Below are positions 1-12,508 of a stretch of 47,621 bases of DNA, piece by piece. The notes beneath the pieces were generated by a model, which saw only the letters and a list, made by a program, of their open reading frames with translations, was not told where the DNA came from and did not search any database. A program made the position numbers and the translations under genes. This stretch comes from Diploschistes diacapsis (lineage: Eukaryota): contig JALAIB010000021.1 of NCBI GenBank assembly GCA_023645945.1, positions 1-47,621 on the forward strand, given 5' to 3'. Position 1 is the first letter of the stretch. Every line of letters starts with the position of its first letter.

Positions 1-477
1 GTTGGAGGGTGAGTGCTGGGACTTGAAGGGAGAGGAGGGGAAGGAAGAGAAGTGAAGGGAAGGGAAGGATTTAGAAGGGCTTGCTTCTTAGTAGGCGAGC
101 GTGTGGCATTTGTGGAAGCGGTACGTTGAGGTGCTGAGGAAAGTAGACCAGCGTGAGCGCTTTGCAGCATGGCATTCAATCGATTAGACGATGGCAAAAA
201 GGTAGCCTGAGCTTTGAGGCCCCATGAATTGGGTCTACTCTTGACCAGATTAGCCTTTGACCATACAATGCCAAAATACGCCTCGCTTGCTTGCTTGCTT
301 CCCGTATTGAGTACAGTCCCTGTAGTCTGCTTCGTCCTTACAAGATGCAACCTCCAGATATCCACAAACGCCGGTTTCCAATCATCAGCTATGTGCCGCA
401 AACCGATGCACCAAGTGCAAAAAAGAAAGAAAGAGAAGGGAAAAAGTCCCCCAAACACACCCTCCATTGACTAATTT

Positions 478-3400
478 TCACCTCAGTAACGCATCAATCC
501 TCAACCTCAAAGCCTGACAGTCCTCCACCCTCTCCTTCGAGAGCCCAAATGCGGGCAGATTCGCCAAGGTCTCCTGCATAGCCGCCGCGTTCTGATCCCC
601 CCCAAACAGCGTGTTCAAGCCTCTCGCCGTCTCCCTGTACCACCTCTCCGCAACGTACAGCATATCGTCCGCGATGTAGTGCCGGTTCGCCCCGACGAAG
701 GGCGCCTCGTGGTTGTACAGCATGAACTCCAGGGTCGAAAAGAGCGCTTCGAAGGGTACGGATAGGTCTATGAAGACGTCAACGACCCAGCTCTGCGGAC
801 CCTGGCCGCGCTGGTACTCGAAGGCGTACCGCTTCAGCAGGTTCATGAGGTCGGTGATGGGGAATGTGCTTTCTGACAGGCTGAGTCGGTTGCCAAGGGT
901 GCGGACTTGGTTGGCGACGGCCTCCCAGGGGGCGCGGCCGCCTGCTGTGGCGTCGGAATGGACCTTGTCGACGAGGTTGCGCCAGGTGTCGCGGATGTCG
1001 ATGGGGTTGCGGTGGTTGGCGATCTGGTAGACTATCAGGGCTAGATCATGATAGCCGGCTTGGTCGATGTAGTTGTTGTAAAGCTAGGAACTATATTAGC
1101 TGACAGGGCATTTTAAATTGATATGGTCGTGAATTCGAAAAAACATACGTCGCTTAATTGCTGAATTCTGCCATCGAGGAGCTGTACTACCTCGGTCTCT
1201 CGTTGTCCTTGGAGCCTGTCGTCGTCCCGCAGCCGCTGCAGGAGGTCGTCTTGTACGCCAGCAACGTCCAGTAACTCGGAAATCTCATGCAACAGCTGCT
1301 GTCGCTTCTGTCGCCCGGCGTTGAAGGAAGATGCGGATGCGTTCGCCCGGGCCCGGCCAAGATATTCTATCCTTTCGTTAAGCAATAATGGATAGTTAGA
1401 CTTGGCAAGCTCCATTTGCACAGTCGCTGCCAGCAGTGGGTTGCCGGCTTGGGAGTGATATTTCCACAAGAGGTTCGCAATGGTGATGTTGTGCTCGAAG
1501 CGCCGTTCTAGATAGCTGACGACGTATGGCGATTGGATGACCAAAAGCCTGTCAGCCTGTCCCTGATCAATATACCAATCGTAAAGGTCAGTTTGGAAAA
1601 CTTCATCATCTGAAGTGTCAATGATTGCATATGCTTCCTGCCTTCGCGTTACGGCCATGGAAGAAGCGGCATCGCTCTGATCTGTCGTTCGCTGCGTGGA
1701 CTGCTCCAAGGCTGAGATGACATCGTGAATCATATCATAACACTTCTTTCGCTTCTCGAAAACCTTAGCTCCAGGATCCTGTTCTTGTTAGCGATACCAA
1801 TTGCTTTGTCACTATGCTAACTTACGCCTTCCGGTCGACCATTCTGTATCCACAGCAGAGCGCGATTGCCCCTATCGACTTCTCGAGCTACCTGTAGAGC
1901 CAGGTCAATCGCGCCCGCATAGAACTGCATGTTCGTGTACTGCTTCATGGCGTCGTCAAGCTGCTCGGTTTGAAGCTCAGGGGCCGCCTCTTTGAAAAGC
2001 CTTAAGCTCTCATTAAGAAGGTTCCTACCCAATTCAGTTCCACTGCCGGTATCTGCGGCTCGCCTAAGCTGCTCCTGGGCTCTAAATATAACTACATCAG
2101 CAGCACTGCAGAAACTTCCGCAGCGCCGTCGTAGAGCATCTGCGACTGTTTCCACATTCGCACCATTAATAATGTTTCGGTTGACAATGGCTTTGACAAG
2201 CTCCTTCGCCATTTCTTTACCTCTGCTGGTTGTAAAGAGCGCTTCGAAAGTGAGTTTCTTTACACTTTCTCTAGTGTCTGGATTCAACGACAGGACAATG
2301 TCATCCATTCGCTCAGAAAAGAGCATCTGAACAAACGATATTCCTTCCACTATGCTACTGATCAGAGCGACAAGCGCATGTAAAGCTCGATGCTCAGCCT
2401 GTAAGGCGATCTCCTGTTGTCTGGTAGAAACCCTCCCCAACGATTCCGGGCCGGCGAGGCCATCAATGAACGATTTGTTACGGTCAAGAAACTCTTTGAG
2501 ATCGCTCAAGCTCTGCTGCACAACCTGCAGCTTCTCAGCTTTGACGGTAGACTCAACCGTGAGGCCTCCCGTTGGTGTAGCTATCTCGGAAAGCACGGTT
2601 AATTTCCAGAACGATCGGACTATCCTCGAGACGTACAGGGCCACTCCATCGTGGCGAGGCGAAGGCGTAACCATATCAGCAGAAAGCGCTGTTTGGTCAA
2701 CCATAACGTTCTCGTTGACGTGAGGCTTGCCACCGTATTCGATGAAGGTGGTTTTCGCATTGTCGACAACTGCTGGGTCAGTGACATAGACGCTTCGACC
2801 GTCTGATGCAACTTCTATGCCTTGCCCGCAAGCTACAGCGAGTGCTGTGGCAGCCGTCTCACTTCTTCCATACTGACGTATCAGTTTGTTAACAATGCCT
2901 GCCAATCCTTCGTCGCCTCGATTGGTCTTAAGGGCGCTTACGAACATATCGACTAGCCTTTGCCTGCGGAAAATACTAATACCTGAATCGGTTATTATAG
3001 CAATCTCGCTCGTGGGTTTGTCGAATTGAACGGCAAGCTCGTTTGCGAATCCCTGGGGAGTCGGTGCTGCTGAGAACGACTCCGTCACCAGCCCAACATC
3101 TATCACACGTTCGCTAACACTTGCCCACATTGCTAACTCGGGATATCTGGAGGCTGATACAGGTTCCTGTGGGCGGATGATGCGCCCACTGTCAGGTCCG
3201 GAAAAGAACAGCTGATCGTCTTGCGGCTGTTCTTCCTTTCGCACAAGACCAAGGAAAAATCCGGGGCCAAATCTGTAGGCTTGACGAGTGGTCGTTAGAG
3301 ACTTCGATGACGTGTTCGCCTGTGCTGGGCCAACGATACTGCTTGAAGGTTGATTGGACGAAGTGGGATTCTGATCAGAAGGTGGAAATTTAATATGATG

Positions 3401-4694
3401 GACCTGCATGTTCATCGAGCTGGCGATTGGGTTCGCGTAGCCATAAGACTGTGTAGCGCTCAGGAATATACGGCAACCGCTCGCAGTGACAGCCATTAAA
3501 TGAAGCCTGGATGCCTCTTGAGCAGAAATAGGATGTATGTCAACGATGCTTGTGTTAGTTGCGATGAGCTCTGTTTGTGCAGTCATATGACTTATGTGGT
3601 TGAGGATATCGCTCCATTTCTTGGTAATTGTAAGCTCCAAGGCCGTGCTTGACTTCATGTGGAAGACTCGGATGGTCGATAAGGAGGAAAGGGTGTAAAG
3701 GAGGTGTCGGCTGCTGTCCACTACCAATTTGTCGGTACATTCAGCCGCCGACCTTGTGCTAAATGAGAAATTCGGCGTAATAGCAGAAAGTCGAGTTCTT
3801 GTGTGATTGATCTTCTGACAGCGGGTATAGAACCACCTCTCTTCTTGTTGATACGTCAGCTCGTAGACATCGTTATCGGCGATTCCAGTGAAGAAAATGC
3901 GACCATCAGCCGAACCGGCGATATGACTCACACCCAATCCTCGGACTGAAATTGACATCTTTGTTTGGTAAAGTGATACAGAGTATGATCCTCCTGAAGG
4001 CCTCTCGATAGACACTCCGACAAGAACGATATCGTTCATCGTAGCAAGGACTAATAGACGAGAGATGGATTTGACGAACACTCCAGGCCGCGGAATAACC
4101 ATGCGCACCACGTTTATGGCGTTGGGCTGGTCTTCGAACCCAACCAATGGAGGATCTGGATGGGTATAGTCCCAAAGGTATACTGCATTATCGACGACCA
4201 CATACGCATGATTGATGTCGGCAAACAGACCTAGCCGCACTGTAAGCTGGCTATGGTTCACTTGTCCGAGAATCTTGTCGGGGATTGAGAAAACTTTCCC
4301 CTTCTGGAAGGGGGTCCATGATGCCGTGTTCGAAAGATCATAATCAGACGAGATACCCTCTGCCAACAATTAGTGCTGTGTCTCGCGAACTTCATGGCAA
4401 GACCCCACGAGTGACATATGTATCAAGCTCTGGGTATTTGAGCTCCTGTGCGAGTGTGTCGTTGATAGTCTTAGCTGCGCGCTCCACTGGCGACAATGTA
4501 TCCTCCACAGGCTTGACGGGTGCTTGACTCGAGGTCGAGGCGACAATGGTCTGAGGAGCCTGGTTCTGCGGAGAAACACGCTGAGCACCGGACTGCAGTC
4601 GAGAAGTGGAGGCGCCTTGATATTGGCTTGCGGCTGGTGTCGCAAAGTATGTGCCAGGAAGCGGACGCTGCGGAGTTTGCATCTGGAAGGACAT
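478..4694 (-). CDS. NUP170: Nucleoporin Nup170/Nup157 (Nup155 family), 4 exons
   Basis: Exons 4694-4409, 4359-1826, 1778-1149 and 1083-478 join in frame through GT-AG introns with CTAAY branch points. Family motifs: YPELDTY, LGLFADINHA, YLWDY, DNDVYELTYQQEERWF, YGRSETAATALAVAC, SPRHDGVALY, LRRRCGSFCSAADV, RIEYLGRARANAS. Confidence 0.95.
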
Positions 4695-4985
4695 ACTGGG
4701 CACCCAATCCCGACCGGCAGCAAGCAATTGAATGTGAAAGCAAAGTCAACTCCCAGTCCACCGCTTTCCACCAGCGTCACAGCAGCTCAGCTTGGAGCTT
4801 TCCAGACAGTTTTGTGCAACAAGCTCCAACCTTGGGCGCGCGTTAAGCTTCCTCGGCTAACCCAATTTGAACGTGATCTTGGCAAGTTGAGCAGGGGGTT
4901 CGTGGAGAAAGAAAATGTTGCAGAAGCTGGAATTGCTGGGATAACGCTGAAAAGAAAATCACATTTACAGAATACAAACTGCACA

Positions 4986-5764
4986 ATGCCTTTAATGCCG
5001 TTAAGAGGATCAAGACACAGAGTCTCCGGGCTGACGCAACGCTGCATCCGATCACTCTCGAGCGCACCTTTTGAGGTTCCAGCTCCACCGTTGTTGTTGA
5101 AGCTACGAGCCGACATGAAAGCTGCTATGAAAGCGAAAGATACAAATAGGTACGGCTCGCTTTTCATCATGTTCTACAGTAAAAGAAAGGAACGGAATGC
5201 ACAATCTGCATTTTCAGTATATTATCGGCGTCAATTGATCCTTTGGGGTTACAACTCATTATATTTGTATTGCCGAATATCTGGATGTGCAATGTCATTG
5301 CTGCTTGTTTCTTATAGTGGTTTTGTATGGAGCGCAGTAGCTATGCTAACGAGAACTACTTGCACAGACTGAGTGTGCTTCGTGGACTGTTCGCAGAAAC
5401 CACGAATGCCGCGAAAACTTCATCCCCTATCAAGACAGACATCCAGCTCCTAGGACTCCTAAGAAAGCGAGCCGCTGCGTCGAAAGCCGCTGCCGAGGAA
5501 TTCGCATCTGCTAATCGAGATGACTTGCGGCAAAAGGAACTCTCCCAAGCCGCCATCATGGACGAATATGCCTCTAGTGTAGAAACCACCCATGAGTCGG
5601 AGATCACCGAGGCTATCCAAGAGGTGTTGGGAAAGCTAAGGACAGATGGAATATCGGCAAATACTGGAAGGGTACTCAAAGAGTTACTCAGACCAGGAGG
5701 ACTACTGGCCGAGAAGCCTGTAGAAAAGGCAGAAGTTGCAAAATTGGTCAAATGGTTGCTTTGA
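4986..5764 (+). CDS. AIM41: Mitochondrial GatB/YqeY-domain protein (AIM41-like), 2 exons
   Basis: Arg/Ser-rich presequence, then PPLLLKLRADMKAAMKAKDTNR|LSVLRGLFAE...LLRKRAAASKAAAEEFASANRDDLRQKE. Intron 5150-5367 (GTACGG...GCTAAC...CAG) restores the frame. Divergent from NUP170 (~290 bp between starts). Confidence 0.85.
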
Positions 5765-5944
5765 ATGTTGAGAATGCAAAAGCTGGTGTGTAAGATATTA
5801 GGCGGTTGTTGTACACTGGTTATGTATTGTCAAGTCAGCGGAGGTGCACGACACTCTAGAGTTCCCAACGTACCTTCCCACTCATGGCCCCCGGTTGTTA
5901 CTTCACCTCGATCGAGCATTCGCTGCGTGGGCTGAAGGGTAAGA

Positions 5945-7018
5945 CTAAGCAGGCTCGTCCCGGGAAATGAAACTTCCGAAAACAATGGCCCTGCCTGATT
6001 CACTTTGCACGTCTTTTAAGACCGACTGTTCAACAGCCAGCAGCAACAGCGTTGTGCGCACAAGCAGTTCTAAGGAAAGTTAGGTTCAGTGGCAAACACT
6101 TATAATCCTCAGGGAGCCTATTCTCACCTTCATACTCCATAAGGTAACTAACCGCCGGATCCTCATCCCTATGCAACAGCACCGGTGCCGCCATCCTCCA
6201 CCTCTTGTCGGTCACCCTCACTCGCAGTCCGACGTTCCGCCTGTTGTCCAGCCACAGCATCCTAGTTTCGTCATCTTCCGGCTCTTCCGGCTCAGGTGGA
6301 TGCGCTCGCTTTCCCAGCCAGTCCCTCATTATTCGGACTATGCCTTCCGAAACATTCACAAAGCTCCAGAAGACTCCCCTGCGCGGCCCGAGCTTAATCA
6401 GGTTTGTAACCACACAGAGCTGTGAAAAGGGTTCGTCCGCATCGAGGCTCACGTGATGCGAAACCAGACCTTCGTTTTGATTCTCAGGGTCCGGCTGTTG
6501 AGGGACGATAACGCTGATGCCTGTTTGACTCGGCGTATTTCCAGCAGGTTGCTGGAGGAAGATTCTGTGCTCCTCCTCGGGTCTAATCGGTCGGAAGCTA
6601 GAATAGAGGCCACCGAGTTTGCCCAAGCGACCAATGTTGTCTTCGTCGTGGTAGACCAGGCCCTGGCCCTCGGTTGTATTACTAAGGCCCGGTGTGCCTA
6701 GGTAGTCACAGTAGAGGTAGGGATTTAGGTTCTTGGATGCAGGGTGAAAGCACTCCAAGATCAATTTGTAGTCCTTCAAGGCGGCTGCGGCCAGGAGTCG
6801 ACCATGGAAGATTCGTAGCACAAGGTCATGGAAGCGGTACGATATGGTTGTCAGTGGCAGCAGATCAAGGGTGGGAAATGCTACGAGAATTCTTATTAAG
6901 ATCTATTTTTGTTAACTTAAACCCGGCACAGGAAAGTACGCCGGCTTGCCTCATTCGGTAGGTTGAAAAGATGAGTTTCGTTGGCATTGTGTTGGTTCTC
7001 ATTGGTCATTATCGGCAT
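5945..7018 (-). CDS. F-box domain protein, 3 exons
   Basis: Splicing 7018-6950, 6902-6128 and 6069-5945 gives the F-box HLFNLPNE|ILIRILVAFPTLDLLPLTTISYRFHDLV, then LILECFHPAS, YLGTPGL, FSQLCVVTNL and YEELLVRT. Intron 1 needs a GC donor. Confidence 0.8.
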
Positions 7019-7450
7019 GCACCGGATCAATCAAAATGACATCGAACAATCAATGACAGTTCAATAAGTATGCCAATGAATAGTATATTGCTGTTCGAAG
7101 TGTGAAGAGAAAGGGATAAGTTCGATGATCAGTCCGGGATCAAGGATAGGATGTCATCATGATCACGTGTTGATAAGATAAAGCGATGTTGCACTTAGGT
7201 GGGCATGGGATTCTTGCAATGATTTTTGTTGTGGATGGAGAATTGCATAAGGCAAGAAAAAAACGATACCCTACATAAGGGGAAATAGCGTTGGCACGAA
7301 CAAGATAAGTTTTGCTAATGTCAACACTGCTATGTTAGGATCGAATCTACAAGCAGAAGCCTGGTAGTCGCGCTGACTCCTACGCTGAAATGTTCGCTGT
7401 TGATTAACCTCAATAGCGTAGCCCATGGTGGCCCTGTGCCAATATGCAGC

Positions 7451-9854
7451 TCAGCGACGTTGAGTTTTGCCCACAGATCGTTTACCAGAGAACTACAGAG
7501 TGTCAGTCATTGTTTCCTTCAGTAGCAAAGAGTTTGTGTGCTAAACTTACCAAATGCTTTGGCATCGTGGTCCCGATATGCCGATCCGCTTCTCCCTGCC
7601 TCGCCATACGATTCATCTTCCTCTGACCCAGCTTGGCTAACCTCTCAGCCTTACTCCTGGCCACTAGAGTCGTAATGCCAGCCTCCCGTCTGTTGCTCTG
7701 GCTGCGAGCTTTGGCACTAGCCATCAGCAGATCACGTTTACTCTCAGGTTGATCAACATCCATTGCATCCTCTGTGTCAAGACGGCTCCTAACAGCGCTG
7801 CGACCTCGAGATTGTGCTCTTGCACGAGCGCCAACATTCCTAGCGTCGAAACCAAGTTCGTCCAGCTTGTCTTCCATCACTGAAAGCTTCTTCCTCAAGG
7901 CAGATCTTGGGATAACCGCGCGGTTCTTGAGAGATTTCCGCATTCTGTTTTCATTCCTAATTAGTTGCCGCTTCTCACGAATCTGCTCTGCCTTCATCCG
8001 TATTTCTTCCACTTCGTCATCTTCTATACTTTCGTCTGAGTCATAGAAGCCTTCGGCCTGTAGCTTATCTTCTTCAGCCTCCAGCGCGGCAAGTTTCTGC
8101 TCAATGTCTGGGTCCACATAGTCGTAGACATTCTTCCCTTCGAAAATCTCAGGAACCTTATCTTGTTTCCACTCATCATTCTCCAAAAGATAATTGTCCT
8201 TAAGATTGATATTGTAAACACCAGCCCCTCCTTCTGCCTCCTCGATCTCTCTGGCAAGCCTCCGCCGCATTCCATCGTCTTTATCAAATTTTTTGAGATT
8301 CTTAGCGGCTTCCGGGATAAAGGTCTCTCTGGTTATTCCACCTAGAGGCTGCGCAACGTGTATCCTTGACAAGACATCACCCAGTCTTCCACCTACTACT
8401 CCATTGTTGTTTGACCCAGATTTGAGTTTCTGAGCTACTCGCTCCGCCAACAGTCTTTCGCACACAGAATTTTTGACCTCTGTGACCCCTTCAGAGGTAG
8501 CGCACGACAATCGTAGCATTTCCACCTCCCCGGGCTTGACCATGGCGTCCAGCTTCTCCCTCGTTGCTGGGTCGAGCTCCTCAGGCGTCATGACGTCAAT
8601 CTTATTCACAACAATGAAGACTAGCTTGTTGGCAAACAACGGTTTGATGCCCTCAAACAGCTTGATTTGATCCTCAATAGCGTAACCACAACTCTGAGAA
8701 ACGTCCATGAAGTAAAGAATAGCACTTCTTAGATGGGCTATGGCAGTGATACTTTGCATCTGTTTGAAGATATTACCATGCAGGCACCAAGGCGCTCAAA
8801 AGGGCAAACTTACCTCAATAGTCGATTTATCTTCGAGAGGCGAATCGAGCAAGCCAGGTGTGTCTGATGAGTCAGTCTTGTTCGTAGAGGGTACCTATTA
8901 CAAACCTATTGCTTGAAACCTCAGGTATTTATAGTCAAAATGTCCGACGAAGAGGCTTCTTTTCAGAATATTAGCGCTGCACGATCGAAAAACTTCGGAC
9001 CCACTTAGTTGTAAACGCATAAGGCTGAATATCAACATCTGCTCTTGTAATACTCCTCAGGAAAGAACTCTTGCCGACGTTAGGTGTGCCGCATAGTACT
9101 GGAATGAGCTGTTAATACGATTCGGGCGGTGGAGGTGAGGGGCGAGGAGGAGGCGAGGAAGGTGATTAAAGGTGAAGTAATACGAAACTTACCAAGGGTC
9201 CTAGTGTTCGGATCTATAGCGGGCAAACGCCCCAGATGCTGCCTTACTTCCTCTAAGAAAACATATTAGTCTTATTTAGTAGAATTATCTTTAGCAATAG
9301 CCGATAAGAACAGTAACCTCGTGCAACACAGATACTTGCAGCAAGCTCTTCTTACCTAGATAGATCAGAGAATCTCTGAGCCTCTTGCATATGGTCGCCA
9401 TTCGGCCCAGTGCCGCCCGCTTTAGCTGCTTGCATTGGAACAAACTCTGTGCGTACTTCAACAGTCTGACATAATCTCGGGATACTCTCTCTATTAATTG
9501 TTTTGCGGTAGAAAGCTGTCCTAGCGCTATTCTGAAGTGATCCGCATCGTAAAGCGTATTAAGAAGATCTTTGTGGAACGGATGTATGTCTTCTAGTCGT
9601 GGAAAGCCCTCAAGGATGGCCTGTAGCTTCTCTGTGAACGTCTCTTGCGTAAATTTCACTTTGCGGGTGTAGAAGGATCGAATGCGAGATATCTTGAAAC
9701 CGGCGCGTATCTGGGTTGGTAGCCGTCTTTGTGTTCGACTCAGGACGATGTCGAGGAATTCTTGAGGAGGGTCAGCGCTATTGAAGGAGTATTGCGCCTT
9801 GAACTTGCCTGAGCTCGTGGGCACCGGCGCGATCTCTTTCCATGTTGTCTTCAT
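7451..9854 (-). CDS. NOG1: Nucleolar GTP-binding protein 1 (60S biogenesis GTPase), about 8 exons
   Basis: [42 protein letters not shown]-loop [22 protein letters not shown], and C-terminus [33 protein letters not shown]. About seven short introns. Confidence 0.96.
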
Positions 9855-10211
9855 CGTGCTCAGCTTCTGTTCGATTACTCGAAACAAAGTAGATTTGAAG
9901 GATGAAGGCCGGTGGTGAATTATTTTGTGTGCCACCCAAAATATTGCTTGGCGGACGCACACCATTACTAGGTGGTAATCATATTAAATCGTTATCTCCG
10001 AGTAATCGCGGGCTAATCGGCTAATCGAACTACCGAGTAATCTTGTTATCTCATCTAGATCCATGGCGTGTTGATGCCAGCAACAATAACATGTCGAAAG
10101 TGAATACATAAAACTTGACTTCAGGCCCGGCCGAAGGACATAAGCTTCGGCAAGTTCCGACTAGACAAGTTCTCCAGCATCTCCAAAGCATATCTCAAGA
10201 AAGTCACAACC

Positions 10212-10692
10212 ATGTCGTCGCCATCCTACATGACCAAAGAAACACTAGCGGAGCTACTTGGCGCTCCCGCGGGCAGTTCGGTAGTCGCCGTCATCGATGT
10301 CCGAGACGACGACCATGTCGGTGGGCATATCAAGGGATCACAAAATGTGCCTTCGACCGCGCTAGACTATCGTATGCCGGAGCTCGTCCGAACGTTGAAG
10401 GATAAGGAGAAGATCGTTTTCCATTGTGCCTTGAGCCAGCAAAGGGGGCCGGCGGCCGCGAGGATGTACTTGCGCGAGAGAGACAGGTCCGGCGTTGCAG
10501 AGGATGGTGGTACACCTAAGAAACAAGAAGTTTATATTCTTGAAGGTGGCTTTACCCAATGGCAGAGGAAGTATGCACGAAAACTTTTCCTGCCCAGACG
10601 GCAAGCCTACGAGCTGAACTGAGCCTTGCAGATATGGTACAGATGTCAAATTGACTGAGGACTATGCCGCGGATATTTGGCAGTATGAGTGA
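10212..10692 (+). CDS. Cdc25-like rhodanese-domain phosphatase/arsenate reductase (Ych1/Ibp1 family), 2 exons
   Basis: VIDVRDDDHVGGHIKGS, active-site loop FHCALSQQRGP and YILEGGFTQW. Intron 10571-10631, last exon YGTDVKLTEDYAADIWQYE*. Confidence 0.9.
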
Positions 10693-11144
10693 AGCTATTC
10701 TCCCTCTCGTGGTGATTAGTTGTGTCAAGGCGCTAGAGTCAGCGTCATGCTATCTTTGTCAGGTCTACGAACCTATGGTACCTACGTGAGAGGACCCCTA
10801 GACCTGTAGTGAGTGGACACTACGTCTCAACAGAGCGGCTGCCGGCTAATGTCGAGCTACCAGTTGAGTGAGGTGGAGGAAGTCAATGTATTAACCCTTA
10901 GGATAGGCGATCGCTCATTGTGGTGACTACAAAACAGCGCACGACAACCTATATTGGCTATATGTGACTTGAGGAAATCAGATTTAGATCAAGTATTTCA
11001 AATTGCTCATCTGATTCGTTCACACAAACGGTTACAGAGGGGTATATCTAAAACGCCACAATTGAACCGTATGAACCGACTCCTTGCTCGGATTGTGAGG
11101 TTCAGCTGGGCCATGTTCCCTTCAAAATGCAAGCCACACTGAAA

Positions 11145-12508
11145 TCAGCCTCGTCCACCAGGCCCACTGGCGGTCCATCCATTCTTACGCATCTGTTCTT
11201 CGATCTTGTCCCAAAGACTTTCAACTACTTCTCTGTCCCTCCACCGTCCAACGCCTTCGCCTCTCCATTTATCGACAGCTAGACTGGCTACACCTCTGCC
11301 CCAGCCACGCACAGTATCTGGAACTTGGTCGCCGCGCCATCCAACGTAAACCCCGAGGACGTGACTGAAAAGCTCTTGAGGTGTTTGCCATTTATAGGAC
11401 TTGAATTGCCATGCCTGACCGGTAGTGAAGACGGCCACAAGACGTGCCCAGTAATCGGGCTTAAACTGTTCCGTACCATCCACAAGGATGAATCGGAATG
11501 GTCTCGTGGGATCGATTGAAGGAAGCATTCGCGAAGCGTATAGAAGATTTGCCGAAGCAGCTGCAGAGTTGCTGTCAGCTTGGGTATATGTTCCATCGGA
11601 CAGGAAGGGTTTGATGTTCGCCATTCGAAGAAGTGAGGATGCCGATGGGGAGAGAAGTATAATAGGGTCCAGTCGTCGACCGGGCTTCTGAGGCTTTCCG
11701 CCGGACGACGTCGTTGTAGATGCTAGATTGACCGCAGCCGCCGCAATAGGGGCGCCTGGCTTGATGCCTTGCTTGCTTGAGCGTAGATACATCTCAGCTG
11801 ATTTGCGAACATGTGAAAAATCCTAGAGCGGCGCGTCAATGCTTTGATTGTTCATAAGCTTTAACAAGCACGGAAAGCAAGACGAACTGTAGGCTTGATT
11901 CCCCTGAGGATACTATTTCTATCGCCTATTCTCCTCTCGTTGTTGTAAATGGCCTGCAAGACCGGATTGCGACTCCGCGCGATTCGAACTGCAGCTCCGC
12001 CGACGGTAACTGCTGCAGCACCTGCAGCGCCTTGAATGGCCGTTGAGCTCGCTGCTGCTTGAGCCGCGGCACTGTCGGCCTCTAGGGGCTTAATGTATTC
12101 AGAATCGTCTGATGAGCCTTCTAGCCAAGTGATGAGATCCAAACGCTCAACGAAGACGAGATTTTGCACACGAGCCTCTGCGTTTGCCCGTGAACTTGCC
12201 AGCGCATCGTTGAGGGCTTGAGCGGAAGCAATGTAGTCGGGAATGGGATCATCTTTGTGCTGCCACGCAAACCATATGCTTCTCAAATCAACCGGTTTCT
12301 CTGCAGATATAAAGCGCGTCGGCGTGGAAAGAGGATAGGGTGTCAATGTGGGCGACTCGAAGAGAAGATATGTTGCAGATGCTAAATCATCCGTGCGTGT
12401 ATCAACTGAAGGGGATGTGGAGAGGATTCGCGATGAGGCGGTAGCAATTGACTTGCGCAGATCAAGAAGCGGATCGCCTGGTGCTGGTGCTGGCGATGGT
12501 TGTGACAT
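11145..12508 (-). CDS. CDC73: Paf1 complex subunit Cdc73, 2 exons
   Basis: LVFVERLDLITWLEG, DRNSILRGIKPT|DFSHVRK (intron 11887-11823), PIILLSPSASSLL, YWARLVAVFTTGQAWQFKSYKW, RWRDREVVESLW. Confidence 0.95.

Noticed and set aside
4524..5372. 282-aa plus-strand ORF overlapping the NUP170 start
   Set aside because: It is a read-through of the promoter, AIM41 exon 1 and the AIM41 intron; only 4986-5149 matches the family.
9061..9100. NOG1 P-loop GTPNVGKS instead of the usual G(Y/F)PNVGKS
   Set aside because: Variable position within GxxxxGKS; the motif is intact.
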